Positions 41,101-55,652 of a stretch of DNA of 64,000 nt are shown here, in pieces. The stretch lies in assembly GCA_023213395.1 (NCBI GenBank), contig CM041465.1:96045741-96109740 (forward strand), read 5' to 3'. The notes under the pieces were generated by a model. It had not been told where the DNA came from. It worked only from the letters and a program-made list of their open reading frames with translations, and ran no database searches. How positions within the stretch are numbered: the stretch's first letter is position 1; every line of letters begins with the position of its first letter. Source of the DNA: Cycas panzhihuaensis. Lineage: Eukaryota > Plantae > Cycadophyta. The translations under genes were made by a program, and so were the position numbers.

Positions 41101-43499
41101 TCTTATGGGTTGTTCTTCAAATTCATGACTTAGTCCATCCACAAAGTTAGTTTAATAAAAAATATACTTTGAATCTAATACATAGTTCTTTAATAATAAA
41201 ACATGAAAGACATTATACACTTGAAGGTTTAGAAGTAAAGCAAGCTTATAAGTAACTTGACCTATTATTTATAAAAATTCAAAAGGACCATAATATCTTA
41301 GTGAGAGTTTCTTGTGCATACTCAGACTAGTTGAGCTATATTTAGGCCTTAGTTAAAGGAATATATGATCACCTTCTTGAAATTATTTTATTTTCCACTT
41401 CAAGTCAACATAGCTCTTTTGTCTATCTTAAGCTATCTTTAATTATTACCTTATATTAATCACTTGTCTTTCTATCTTTTATAACATTTTTGTGCCTAGT
41501 ACATATCTATCCAAATTATCCTAATTTAGAGGTATATTACATTTTCTACCATATAGTGCCTTGAAGGGACTCATTCCCATAGAGAAATGGACTATCTTGA
41601 TGTAAGTAAACTTAGCTAAATATAGGCATTTCTCCTAGCTAGATGTTTACTCTATTATATATATGCAAGGTAGGTTTTTAAGCACTTAATTTACTCTCTT
41701 CATTCAGTTGTCAGTCTGTAGGTGACATGATGTACAAAATCTTAATTTAGTGCCTAGTTCCTCAAATATGGTTTGCTAAAATTTAGTTGTAAACTTGATG
41801 TCTCTATCTAACATAATGGCCTTTGGCATGTCATGTAGCTTAATAATTTCCTTCATAAAAAATAGTAGCAATATTTGGTATAGTAATTATCATATAGATT
41901 AAAATAAAGTGTGTTGTTTTAGTTAATTTATCTATAACATCATGTTGTCAATTACTCCTTCATGAATTCTATCATGATCATCTCCAACTTCCACTCTAGA
42001 AACTCTAATGGCCATAATGATCTAGCTAGATGTTTGTGTTTAACCTTGACTCTTTAGCATGCTAAGCATAATGAATCTTACAATATCATTATTTATTATC
42101 AACTAATAAAACTATCCATTTATAGTTAAATGTATATTTTGGTAGCTAGTATAGCTTGTATATATAGTGGTGTGAGCCTATCTATTATATGAAACCCTAT
42201 ATCCTTTCTTTAAAGCTTAGCATCCACATTATTTTGAGTGTATTATTGTTATAAAATACCCTTCTCTTATCTTAAAAAAATCATCTTCTTCACATGCTTT
42301 TAAAATAGAATTAAGCAAATTAGTTTAACACAGTTATCGAAGTAACATGTCACCTCTGACTCAAGGCATCAACCACTCTATTCTCTTTTTCTTTAATGTA
42401 ATGCATCTAAAAATTAAACCTTCTCAAGTATTTGATACACTTACACTACTCTGTATTTAAATGTGGTTGAGTAAAATATGTCTAAGGTTTTTGTGATAAG
42501 TGTAGAGATCAAAGCTCTTCCCTAGCAGGTAATGTCTCCATACATTGAGTGCATGCATGACCAAAATGAGCTTTAAATCATGAACTAGGTAATTCCTCTT
42601 ATAATGCTTTGGCTTTCTTGATTCATATGAGATGACTTATTTATCCTATATTAATATTATGCCTAACCCCTTGATGCTTACATTAGTTCAAACCAAGAAC
42701 TTAGAGTTTGGATTAGGTGCAATTAAAATAGGTGTGGTTGAGAATAATTTCTTTAGTAGTTGAACTTGATCTTCATGTAGTTTTATCTATATAAACTTGT
42801 CATTCCTCTTTTGTAGTGAGGTGATAAAGGCTATGATCTTGGAGAAGATTTTTATGAACCTTCCATAATATCCCATGATTCCAATAAAGGATTTTACTTC
42901 CTATATATTTTTGGATGATAACCAATCTATTATTTCTATCACCTTATATGAATCAACAAAGATTTCATCTTCATAGATTACATACCCTAAATAATTCACC
43001 TCTTCCTTATAGAACCCATATGTATTAAATTTGGCATATAGTTTGTGAAAAGATTCCATGGGTAATCTATACTAATTTATTACCAAGAGAATAAGAAAGA
43101 TACTAAATAATATAGCCCATATATTTTATTATTACCTTAAGCACCAAATTTTTCAAGGATGGTGACACTTATGAGATTATCAAATGATTAAAAAATTCAT
43201 ACAATAGCATGATATTGCAAATGAACTCAAGTCATAATCCTCCTTTACAAATATTAAATATTAAATAGGTGAGAATAACCCTTCATTATTAAATTCTATT
43301 AGCAAAAAAAATGGCCCTCATTCTTATTGGAGGATATAAGTTCTCCATACACACAAGTTTATAAGAAGCTCTAACCATCCCGTACCTTAGTCACATAAAC
43401 TAATAATCCAATTTTGCTAGCTATAGACCTTTTTTCTTTAGAATTGTTATTTTTTCATGTATTTTCATCAATCTCAATGTGATTTCTATCTATCCCACT

Positions 43500-46400
43500 C
43501 TATTCTTTTCTTACATTATTTTAATTTTTGATATCTCACTTTGATTTCTATTTACATTTACAAAAATAAAATTTATATAATACCACAAAGTTTACCATGG
43601 TACTGCAAAAATACAAACTTCACAATACTATGGTAAACTTTATGGGATCAATTTTATCACTTTAAAATTTTTATAGACCACAGTTGGTCATGCATTTATG
43701 GCACCTAACCATAGGCTTACCTATAAAATCCATTAGAACCATGGGTTACCCATGCATTTTAAATACCATGGGCTAATTAATGCTTTGGCATTAATTAGCA
43801 CCAAAATAATGGGCAATTTTCTCATGGTTTTGACCCATGGTATTCTAGCAATCTATGGGCCCAAAACCATGGGCTCTTACGCATCTATTTCTATTTATAT
43901 CCCTTCCATTTGGTTGAGGAGAAAAAATTATGTATTATTATGTTGTTAAAATGTTACTAAAATCTATGTAGAATTTCTATTATATTCAAACTTCGTATTG
44001 GCTTCTATACTTGGCTTAGAGATTGAATACCAGTTGTTATTAGGGCACTCTTAAATGGAGAAAAATGTCATTATCATCCCTTATTCACTAAGAATTAGGG
44101 TAATATCCCCCATACTACTAGGATTTTCAACCCTTTCTAAGTGTTTCTTATTCACTTTTTAACATTGAATTGCTTTCCTTTTTATGTTTTTCCATTTATT
44201 TAATTTTGGTTGCTTCTTCTTTGCATGCTTCACTTTCCCATGTGTAAGTGTCTCATAGAGAGAAAGCTAGTTGAGTATCATTCATTATGCTTAGAAATTG
44301 GTATCAACCCTACCATCTCTAAGGCTCCCTTTATACCAACTTGCTACTTATTTGAACTTGTAGTTTACTTTCTAACTTAGTAGCATTTTTTATTATCTAA
44401 TTTGGATCTATATCATATGCCACTAACTTTATGTAGGTAAAGGAGCATATGGATCATTTATGGAACACTCCCCACCCTCTAATTTTTTCTCCTTCTTCTT
44501 TCCTAAAATAGTCAAGTGCTTATTGTGTAAAGAGTATGCTACCATATTTTTGTTAAATAACTACAAAAGGTAAACATTAATAAGTGCATTTTAAAATTAA
44601 TTTATCTTATCTTTAGTTTCCCACTAATTTTGTTTTTGTCATAAGTCCCTCTGGCAAGCAAAAATACTACCAAAATTTTCTTAAAATTTTGATTAAATAT
44701 TTGCATGTTATCCTAACATTATTTTGATTTTGTTTTTGTATTGGAATTCCATGGAAAATTTGCACACAAAAAGATTTATGATTGATATTTACCACTTTAC
44801 TCTAGGTATTTCTTAGAAAGCCTCCTTTTATAGATTTTATTTTAAAAGGAAAAAGGCATGAAATCATATTATACTTTGTTTTTCTTTTTTAATAAAAAGA
44901 GTAGGAAAGGAGTAGCTTATTTATGCGATTTTCATCACTACTTGCCTCTCCCTTCTATTATATGTAGGTGTATTTTTAGTTACAAAAGAGAACTGTACTA
45001 AAAACTTAAGAAAGAAAAAGAATTAAAGAATCTTTTTCAATTTAGTGCATTGTATTGCATGTCAGTTTATATTCTTTGGTGTGTGCTTCCAAAGGCCATA
45101 ATAGAGAATAGGGTCATACCTTTTATGAGTCCTTGAATCTATAGGGCCCATAGTCTTATTTTTATAGAATAGTTTTGTTATTATGTGCATATAATTCAAT
45201 GTTATATTTTAGCTATATTTAGCATGTGTTGTTTGCCCTCCATAGTCTTTGTAGGGTGAGGACCATTCTTAGAGCAAAGAGGGAGGACTCTCATTTCTTT
45301 ACCTAGGTTTCATCACTAGATGAGAAACATATTCTTATTCTTTTATGTGGTGTTGAGCCCTTTATATTTTGGTTTTAAATGGGGCCTATAAGGGACATCT
45401 ATTCTCACCATGTGCTTATGAATGGGATATTAATAGTTGAGTGGACCTCATTTATCTCATTATGAGTAGTTCCCTCTTCTTCTTTGCCTCTTTAAAGCTT
45501 GAGCTTCATTGAAATTAGATGTGAGTACTACCAGGCCATCTTACACTTATGTGAGCTAAGCCACTGTTTCCTGGCTTCTGAGAATGGATACGAAGCAGTC
45601 GACTCAGGTAAGTGTAGGTATGCTTCTCACCTTGTTGTTATTTTCTTTTGAGATGAGTATCTACTTGCATGCTATGATTTCGTAGATGGTCCTGTTGTTA
45701 TCTACACCTATCTAGCCTATGATGACTATAGCGGGGGCATATTCCCAGTGAGTATGACACCTTAGTGGCCACATCACTTCTCGCATTCTACCCTACTCAC
45801 CTTAAGACCCACTTGGCTCATATCATCCCTACCTGTGTGATGATCCATCATTGTTTGGTCAACTTATTGCACCTTGGAGTTCCATTGTTACTTCTTGTGG
45901 CTCACTTATCTACTTATGCGCCTGAAGGTGTGGGCTGCCCCTCATCGGCCTCTGGTCACTGGCCCATAGCCTAGGCTGGTTGTTTGGGTCAGTTTTGGCC
46001 TCTAGTCCTGCAGCACGACAGATTTTGTTGTACTGCGAAACTTACGACGATACTGCGAAATTTAACGTGGTACGACTATCACAACTTATTTTTAAAAATC
46101 AGTCGTAAAAATTCTCGCATTTATTACAGAATTGCCATGTGTCTCGTGACTTAACTCACCACTAGTTGTGCCCTAATCGCTTAATTAGTGTTGAGGTTGG
46201 GTATTTAAGTCTTACCTAATTCATTTTAGGGATCTTTTGGCTCATTTTTAGAAGGATTACAAGGAAAAACGCCCTATTGTTTGTTGTTCCCTACAGGTCC
46301 ACTATTGTTTCAGGACCTACAATCACTCTCCAATGCCCAGCTTTCCTTTGGTTTGGCTATGACATCTTCCTAGCCCCTTGCACACCTTGAAGAGGGCCTC

Positions 46401-48950
46401 TTTGAAGAGTTTCCATCATTTCCTTGCCCGAGCAGCCATTAAGTAGTCTCAAGTGCAGGCTTTTCCTTCAGCCATCTTAGCAGGAGCTCTAAACTTGCTA
46501 CTCCACAGTCTTCCTACAAATTTCTCAGCCTCTTTCCAGTAGGTTTTAATAGAGGCAAATGCCTCCCATATTCACTATAGGTATTTGTTGGTTTAGGGTC
46601 TTTCCTTTGCCCAGTTTTTGCATGTTTACAATAGCTTGTCTTATCTCATTACAAGGGTTATTTCTTGCCTTTCTCTTGGGCTTTTTTGCTCTATTATTAG
46701 GGCCTCTTTTCCTATATTTCATGCCTAGGATAGCGGTCAAGAGGGATACATAAGGTTTAGGATAGAGTTAGGTGGATTCCGTACCACCTTCCACGCTCCC
46801 TAAGAGACTTTTTGCCCTCCAAACCTTCCTTTTCACCCCGTGCTGCTCTTAGAGTGGAGTAAGGGTTTAGTAGGCTATTTCCAGCCACTGAAATCAGTGT
46901 TGGAACCTGTTGTAGTACTGGTTTGAGGGCTCATTTCCCAAACTCAAGCAATGCATAAGCCCCGGTTACTTTTCTTGGCTCAATCCTCTTCTCAACAGTC
47001 TGGTTTGCTTCTCATAGTACCTTGGCCTTGTTGAGTTCTAAGTTGGTCTCTCTTGCATCCTTGTTGTCCCATTTTTAGCCAGTCTTACAGCCATACCCTC
47101 ACTGCCTTATGGCTTCTTGAGGGAGGGTAGGATTGCTCTTTGCGGGAGGTAGGCCACTTTGAGGCTTACTCATCTACTTACTGTTCATTTGAGTAGTTTG
47201 TTTTGCCATAGATTATTGCTGTAATCTTGGGGTTCATGTACACTAATATATAGATACAAAGATTTATTCTTCATATATGTGCACACATGTTATTAGGACT
47301 CCACTTTGTGTTATTAGACTCCTTTCCTTGGAAAGGGATATTTGTGCTTACTTGCAGGTATATGGAGGGCGTAAGGGATTTCCTCCTCTTCTCTTGTGGG
47401 TAAGTGCTTTTGCTTATATTTTATTTTAGCATTTCATTTGCTACCATCATTTTCCTTTTTCCTTTCTTGGCACTCTAGTGTCACTTCCGAGGAAGGTAAG
47501 GAAGCCCCACGCTTCATCCTGTCGCGACCCCTCTCTCTCATCATGCTTTATGGAGCGATCTTAGACACCTTGTGGGAATGCCACTGCTTCAACCGCATCT
47601 CCATTTCGGGTATGTGCTCTTGCTCCATTCTATTTTATTTTCTTTAAAAGATTTTGCATGGTAGTAATTAGATCATTTGAAAGGAAAATAGAAAATGACT
47701 CTCTCTTTTAGTTTATATTCTGTTTGTTACATTTCACACATTATATCTATCATAGGAAAGGATTTTAGGAAGCTTTCCCTTTTAATCTTTCCCTTCATCT
47801 TGTAAACTTCATCCCTGTCATATCGACTTGTTATACTTGGTTCAGTTTACTTACGTGCATCATAACACCCTCCTTTCTCTTAATTACTCTTTCAAATGGG
47901 GGAACTCTTGATCGACCAATCGTTCCTGTTCCCTTCATTCTTCCTTGGTTTTCTTCCACGTAGTCAGATAATCAAGAAGATCTTATTCGTAGGTTGCTCA
48001 CCTACTTACCCCTTACTCGTTTCCCTCTGCTATAGGGAAACCCTTAAGGGGTTTTCTCCTTTCCCTTCCAGCCATCCAAGGGTGGGAGGACCCTTCTCCT
48101 AGATCTACCCAGGTTAATCTTTCACCTCCTCTCTTCTTAACTGAAGTGGGGAACCACCTTTAGGTAGTTGGGTACCATCTGTAGGTCCCAAACTCACGCT
48201 TTGGCATACAGGGTGCCCTGCATGGTATTTGCCTTACTCGTAGGTTCTTATCTACACTTGATAGTGCCATTGACCACCCTTGTTATTCCTACTCAGTTAG
48301 GTGGCTATCCCATAGATGCACATCCAATCACCAATATTGATGAGTCTCTACTTATATATCCATAAGCAAATCTACCCTATAGTCTTAATTCCTTTAAACC
48401 TCTCACTCTAGATAGCCCTTTCCCCTACTCTTATAAATTAAATCCATCATTTTAGAGTCATGTAGGAGTTTGGGATAAGATAAGTTAGTCTACTTGGAAG
48501 GGTTTAGTTGGATAGGATAAACACATAGATGCATTAATATTTGGGCACTCTTGCTTGATCAACCCCCTTAAATCATGAGAGTTTTTTAAAGTTATCTTTG
48601 GTCCTTTTGAGGACACTAGTTGATTGATAGATTGATTTTATCTTAAAGTTGTTAGTTATATTATAGTCCACTCTATGGTTTGATGCATTATTACCTCATT
48701 TTCATGCATGCATTATTTATTTGATCTATTAATTAGTCATTGATTTTCTTATAAGTCTTTTTCTTCTTTTTCTTTCTTCTTTCCTTTTTTGGCATTTCAC
48801 ATATACTTATATGTTGCTTCTAAATTAACTTAGGAACACACAAGTCTATCATCCCCATACATATATACAAGAGATACATGAATGCTCCACTAAGGGTATA
48901 TACTTACACTCCTCCTGTTTGGATCCCCTCAAAGTCATGTTTGCCCATCC
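43500..48950. mobile_element. Large non-coding insertion(s) in E (probable long-LTR sequence)
   Basis: Separates the integrase C-terminus of E from its PPT/LTR. No recognisable domain. Boundaries approximate. Confidence 0.5.
45931..48210. mobile_element. Probable younger solo LTR (~2.3 kb)
   Basis: TG..CA termini with AGGTG/GGGTG flanks. Higher GC and more CpG than the surroundings. Confidence 0.45.
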
Positions 48951-50034
48951 TTTCCTCCTATTATGTTAGTGCTTTAGTTGTCAATCATATGGTCAAGGGG
49001 AATAGTGATTAGTTATTCATCATTAAGGATAAGAAGGGTGGAATAGGGAGCAATATTCTTTCTAAGGTGTTTCTTTAAGTAGGAAATATGGAATATATTA
49101 TGGATTTTTATATCTGGTGGGAGTTTGAGTATGTAGGTAACTTGCTCATTATTTTATAAAACTTTATATGGGCCATAATAGAGTGAACTTAGATTATATA
49201 TTTTATAGGACTTGAGGGATTATTATTTATATGGATGAAGAAAAAGGAATATTATATCACTAATGAAGAAGGAATACTTAAAATAATAGCATTCAATGAA
49301 CTACTTCATACAATTCTATGTATTTGCTATGATTTACTTAAGTGGTTCTGAGGTTAGTGGTTAGTATGTGATAAGATAAAGGGGGGTACCCATAGAGAGC
49401 CATGAATGGGGATATACCTATATTTAAATGATATGACCATTTATACCAGTATTTAGTAATGGATAGCCAAGAAGTCCACTTAACGTAATGGTTAGAAGCA
49501 AAATAATAGAAATAAGTCTTCTATATTTTATTTAGCATATTTGATTATCCATCTATTTTATGATAGTAGGCTATACTCATATAGAATAAGGTTCTTGATG
49601 TCCTAAAGAGTTCTTGATGAAAAAAGCTAATGAACTTATGATCTTAATCACACATAATAAAAGAGGCTAACCCATGTAAGTGAAAGATAAATTGGATGTT
49701 GGCATCAACAAGATGGGATGTCTTATAGAAAATGTGTACTGGAAGAAATAATCATACTTAGTAACCTTGTTAATGACAACTAAGATTGAGTCAAGTCTAG
49801 CACAAAGATTGGTAAATATATGATGAAATTATGGCTATGTCTTATCATTTGCCCTAGGGAATGTGAAATGTCTAGAGGAGACTTAAAAAAACTTTAGTAT
49901 CCACCTCATTTCATTAATAAATGACATACTCAGAAATAAATGCAAATATGGTAAACTTCATAAGAGGCTAAAAGAAATTTACATGAATATGGTGGTATAT
50001 CTTATTAAATTTAGAGTAGTCACTTAGAGAAGTA

Positions 50035-53000
50035 TGTTGGACTTCGATGGTATTTCATATATTAATAGAAAAAATAATAATATAAGATGATATCACATGT
50101 CTTGATTCAATAATATAGAGATGATGTCTTTATATAGTACAAGATATCATATGTGAGGGACCAATCACTTCATTAATTAAGACTTGGGAGGTATTGACCA
50201 CTTGGTTAAATGTACATTATTATAACACCCTCCTATAATGCACATCTTAATACATCAATATTTCAACATTCTAAACTCTCCCTTACTAAAACTTAAAACA
50301 AAGGAAAAACTTTAATAAATATCCCTCCCTTAATATTTTATCTTTTATTTTGGACTCTTATAAAACTTTAGACATATTAAAACTTATATTTTGGTAATGG
50401 TTTGATGAAGATATCAACTTATTAAATTTCACTACTATAGTATTAAAGATTAATTTCTTTAGCTTGAACTTTCTCCTAGATGAAATGATGATGGACTTCT
50501 ATGTGTTTTATTCTTTTAGGAAAGATATGGTTTTTTTTCAACTTGATAACACTCTAGTAGTCATAAAATATTATATTTGATTCAAATGTTCCTTGTCTTA
50601 AATCCTTAATTAGTTACTTTAGCCATATTGTTTCATAGGTAGCACTCACTACCACTTTGTATTCTACTTCTATTAATGATAGGACAATCATTTACTATTT
50701 TTTCTAACTCCATGATATTATTGCTAATCTCAAGGTGAAGTAATATTTAGAGGTATATTTTATTTCTTGTCGATCTCTAGCCTAATCTAAGTCATTGTGT
50801 CCTTTTAATTGAAAAATAGTATCTTTGGTATAATTTAATCCTAGACCTAAATTACCTTTAACATATCTTAAAATTCTTTTAGCTACATTCAAATGAACAA
50901 CCTTTAGAGCATGCATGTATCTAGAAATTATTCTAACTAAGTATGATATATCTAGTTGGTTGTTGTTAGATAGATAAGACTTCCAACAAGTTGCTTGTAT
51001 AAAGTTTCACTTACCTTTGGACTATTTTCTTCTGCTATTAGAACACATCCTACTTCCATTGGTGTGTTACAAGTATTAAAGTCTTCTATATTAAACCTCT
51101 TTAGTAGATTCTTGGTTTATCTTAATTTATATATAAAAATAGAATTATTTTCTTGAATTAACTCAATGCAAAGATAATAATATAAGAGGCCCATATATGT
51201 CATTTTAAACTCAACCATTTGAATTTTTATCTAATCAATTGATTCTTAATCATTACCTATAATAATCATATCATCTACATATACAACAATTATAATGATT
51301 AAACCATTTTCTCAATTTTTTTATATATAGATTTGGGTCTAATTCATACCTATTAAAACCATTTAATTTGAAATGATGATATAATTTTATATACCATGCT
51401 TGAGGTACTTACTTTAGACCATATAATACCTTTTTTAATTTGCATACTAGATGTTCTTCATCTTTCTTTATATATCTATACTTTTTCATCTAAATCTCCA
51501 TTTAAGAGGGCACCTTTCACATCTAAATATATAATCTTACATCTAAAATGAGCTACCATTATAATAACAGTTATAGCTATTATTAATTTTGCCACTAGAG
51601 AGAATATTTTCTCATAATTGATTCCTATAGTTTGAGTATAGCCTTTAGCGACTAAATTTACCTTAAATTTTTTAACACTTCCATTTAAACTCTTTTTGAC
51701 TTTATAAACCCATTTATAGCGTATAATTAGTTTATACATTATTGCCTTCATTTTAGGATCCATTACTTTTGCCATTTAGGATTGTTAGAAGATCCATTAT
51801 AATTTTATGTCTATATAGTGTAGACCATGGATTAATGCCTTTAAGATCTTTTTTTTGTTTAAAAATATCTCTTTTTTATTCTTCTATGGTCTTGAGGTAC
51901 CACTTTGGGAGCTTCTTTTGAGTAATATATCTCAAGGAGATTTCATTATCTTCTTTAGAGGTAGATTCTATTGAAGTGTTATCTTCTCTTAGCATGTCTT
52001 CTTCTTAGTTACTTTTATAAAATGTCTCTTCTTCTTAGAATATAGATTCTTCTAGTAGTTCCTAAAAAAGATTTGGATTTTGAGAGATATATGACTGATC
52101 ATTTTTTATTGATGTTTCTTCAAATGTAACATCTCTGCTAATATAGACTTCATTATTTTTTAGATTTATACACATGTAGGCCTTGGATTTTTTACCATAC
52201 CCTATTAAAATGCACTTAATGATTATGTCATCTAGCTTGGATCTCTTTTGAGTAGGAATATGAACATAATTTATGTTACCAAAGACTCTCAAATGAATTA
52301 CATTAGGTTATCTACCTATCAAACTCTCCTCTAGAGTCAACTTTTCAAGGACTTGAGTTAAACTCCTATTTATGAGGTAGATAACTAAGTTAACAGCTTT
52401 AGCCTAATATGAATTAGATATATTTTTCTCTTTCAATATGCATCTAACCATCTCAGTTATATTTTGATTCATCCTCTTTTCTATGCCATTTGATTGAGGA
52501 GTATAAGTGGTGGTAACTTATCTTCTACAAGTTCCATGCATTTTATAAAAATGATAAAAAATCATTTGAGACATATTCCCCTCCTCCATCTATTCTAAGA
52601 GTTTTGATCTTATGCCTACTTTCTAATTCAACTTGAGCCATGAATTCTTTAAAAGTCTCTAATGCTTTTGATTTACTAAGAATAAAAGAAACATAGGTTT
52701 TCTTAATATAATTATTAATAAAGGTGAGAAAATACCATTTTTCATTAATAAAAATTGGTTTGATTGGCCTACATATATCACTATGAATTAGCTCTAATTT
52801 CTCTTGAGATTTCCAAGTGCTTTATTGAAATGATGACTATGATGTTTCTCTAAAATGTAACTTTTACAAATAGAGAAATTGGAAGAGATATTAGGTAGGT
52901 TATTTACCATCTTTAATCTTTTGAGTATTCTTAACCTAGTATTTGCAATGTAATCATACCATAAATGCCACAATTTATTATTTGAGTTATGAGTAGCTAA

Positions 53001-55652
53001 AGAATGAATAAGAGTAAAGATTTTTCCTATCAAGTCATCTTGAGGAGTTAATTATATTTCATTTCTTCCTATTACGTTAATTAAGTTTTGAATAGTTAGA
53101 AATTGAACAGAAGAAGGTTGAATAAGGGTGGAGATCAATTTATAGAGATTATCAATATCTATTCCTTTAACAATTATATAGCCATTTCATTCCATGTCAT
53201 AAATGATACATTTATTATTTATATTAAATATAGTATGAAGCTTTTTATTTCTCAATTGGGATATGGAGAGGAGATTCTTCTTCAATCCAGGAACATATAA
53301 GACATTTCTAATTCTCTTAATTTTATTATTTATTTTTATGGATATCGTTCTTTTTCCTTTGATGCATAAAGTAAAATTATCTCCTAGTTCTACTGATTTA
53401 TTAAGAGAGTAAGGTTGAAGATTTTTAAACCAATCCTTCCTTCCTATCATGTGATTTGATATGCCTGAATCTATGAATTAATTCTTATTATTATGAATAT
53501 ATGAAGTCAGAGAAGTGATAAATATAACAACTTCACTTGTACCTTGATTATCTTGAATATGAGCATCTGAATAGGTAATTTTGTAATTTTCTTTAAAAAA
53601 AAAAAAAATCATCATCTTTGAATCAATATTGTACACATAGTAAAATCCTTTAAAAATAGCATTCCACATGTTATAAGAAATTGAAATAGGCCTCAATATT
53701 TTTTACCATTCTAAGTAACTATTTTTAGTTAATGTGACTAGACCCATCTTTGATAATGAAAAAATCAATCTTAGGGTTTAAGAAAACTTCCTTTAGGCTT
53801 AGAATGTACACTTGCTTATAAAAGCTCAATCTTCTCAATTCTTTTATTAAAAAATGTTTCAACTTTAAACTAAATTTTCTTTATAAAAATGGCATCAAAT
53901 TACCTCATTTCATAGTTCATACTAAAGTACTCTAAGTTAGGATTCTATTGATTCAAACTAATTAGAAAAAGGACTCCTATGGGATATTAATGAAAATACA
54001 TAGGTACCTTTTTGAAGAGAATGAAATTAAACAATTTAGGGTTTAACACCCCTCATAGATTGACCACTGGTTATATAGTCTAAATAAGCAATCGAGGGTT
54101 GAACCACTTGGGGGCTAGTAGACCCCAACCTAAATTCTAATCTAATTTAAATAATTCACTAAGTGATGAGGATACCCTTGATTCTTAGTGATGCAAGATT
54201 ATTCTTCATGTGAGAAGTGGAAATTCTTCACAACCTTTAAATAGGAAATGATGGAAGTTAAAATCAGAACAATCAAACAACTTCATAATTTCCTCGTAGG
54301 ACATATCAAATGATCATAGAGAAATAATGGAGCCAATCACCATAATAGAGTAAATCCCCAACAAAAATTAACACTTAAATGATAGTGTAAATATTTCTCA
54401 TGTAATAATAATGATGTTGGATCTTCCTTCACGAGTAAATAGAAATGACAAAAGGGTATAGAGAAAATTCTTAGGTTATGTACTCTATAAGTTAACAATA
54501 ATGGTGGATAAAAAAGTTATAGCAATGCAAGTAGAGGCTTGAATAATCATGCAAATCTGATACTATGCATAAATTTAATGGATATAATCTCTATAATTAT
54601 GTTGGACGGTAGACAAAGTTCATGCAAAAATGGTGCAAAATAACCATGAGTAGAAAAATAAATCTTCACAAAACCCTTTATGTAGGGATACCAATAAATA
54701 GAGTAGGGGATTCATGAACAACTTACCATAAGCTAAACATAATGATCATAAACTCTAGGAGCCATTTATATAATAGTGATATAATAAGAGAAGTGCTACA
54801 AAGGATGTAAAAACATAGGAGAAACTAAGGGTTCCATAGCTTCATGTAGTCACAAAGGGCACATGAGCAAAGGGCGATGAATGATGGTTGTCAAGCTTGA
54901 ATTCTTTACATACAATACAAAATAGATTATTCAATAATAGCAGATGACATTAGCAATGATATGATATAATAATTTCTAGGGGACTTTGATGGTGAGGTAG
55001 ATAGCTTTATATTATTACAAGATAATCTTCATATGAGCACATGTTTTACAAGGCAATGAAATAATCAAAAGCTTAATATCACCATATAGATTCAACTTTG
55101 ATGCCAAAGCCCCAAATTTCTACCAACTGTACTCTTTAAGTAACCTCAAAATATTCCCTCAAAATAGTATATCTAATTGATAATATACCAACAGAATCTT
55201 AACCTTTTATGCAGATATAAAAATATAATTTTGGTATTAATCCTTTAATGAGAATAACATGTTATGGCTCAGGTAATCAAATCCTTCAATTAGTGTAACA
55301 CAACATAGCTTAGGATAATCAAATATAATACTATAGAATTTACATAGACCATATAGGTGTAAAATAGTAACAGGTACTTGGGGTTTCACCCTATCTATAA
55401 ATAATGGATGGCACAAACTCTATTTTCTTTTCTCTCAAGATTAACTTACTCTAATACCATGTTGGACTTTGATTTTATTTCATGTATTAAGTGAAAAAAT
55501 AATAATACAAGATGATATCACATGACTTGATTCAATGATGAGGAGATGATATCCTTATATAGTATAAGATATCATATGTGAGGGACTGACCACTTGGTCA
55601 ATTGAGATTTAGGAGGGACCAACCACTTAGTTGAATATGCATTATTCCAATA
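50035..55652 (-). mobile_element. Element F: Ty1/Copia with ~190-bp LTRs, decayed pol, no recognisable gag
   Basis: LTRs 50035-50227 and 55460-55652. PBS (rc) 55448-55459. PPT (rc) at 50228. Protease NVLYVPGLKKNLLSISQL, integrase RSKLDD..KCILIGYG, RT KWVYKVK..LVAKGYTQ, RNase H KHIEVHHHFI. Confidence 0.9.

Noticed and set aside
45765-48365. Cluster of short hydrophobic ORFs as a possible env-like or host gene
   Set aside because: No recognisable motif; T-rich LTR-like sequence yields such ORFs by chance.
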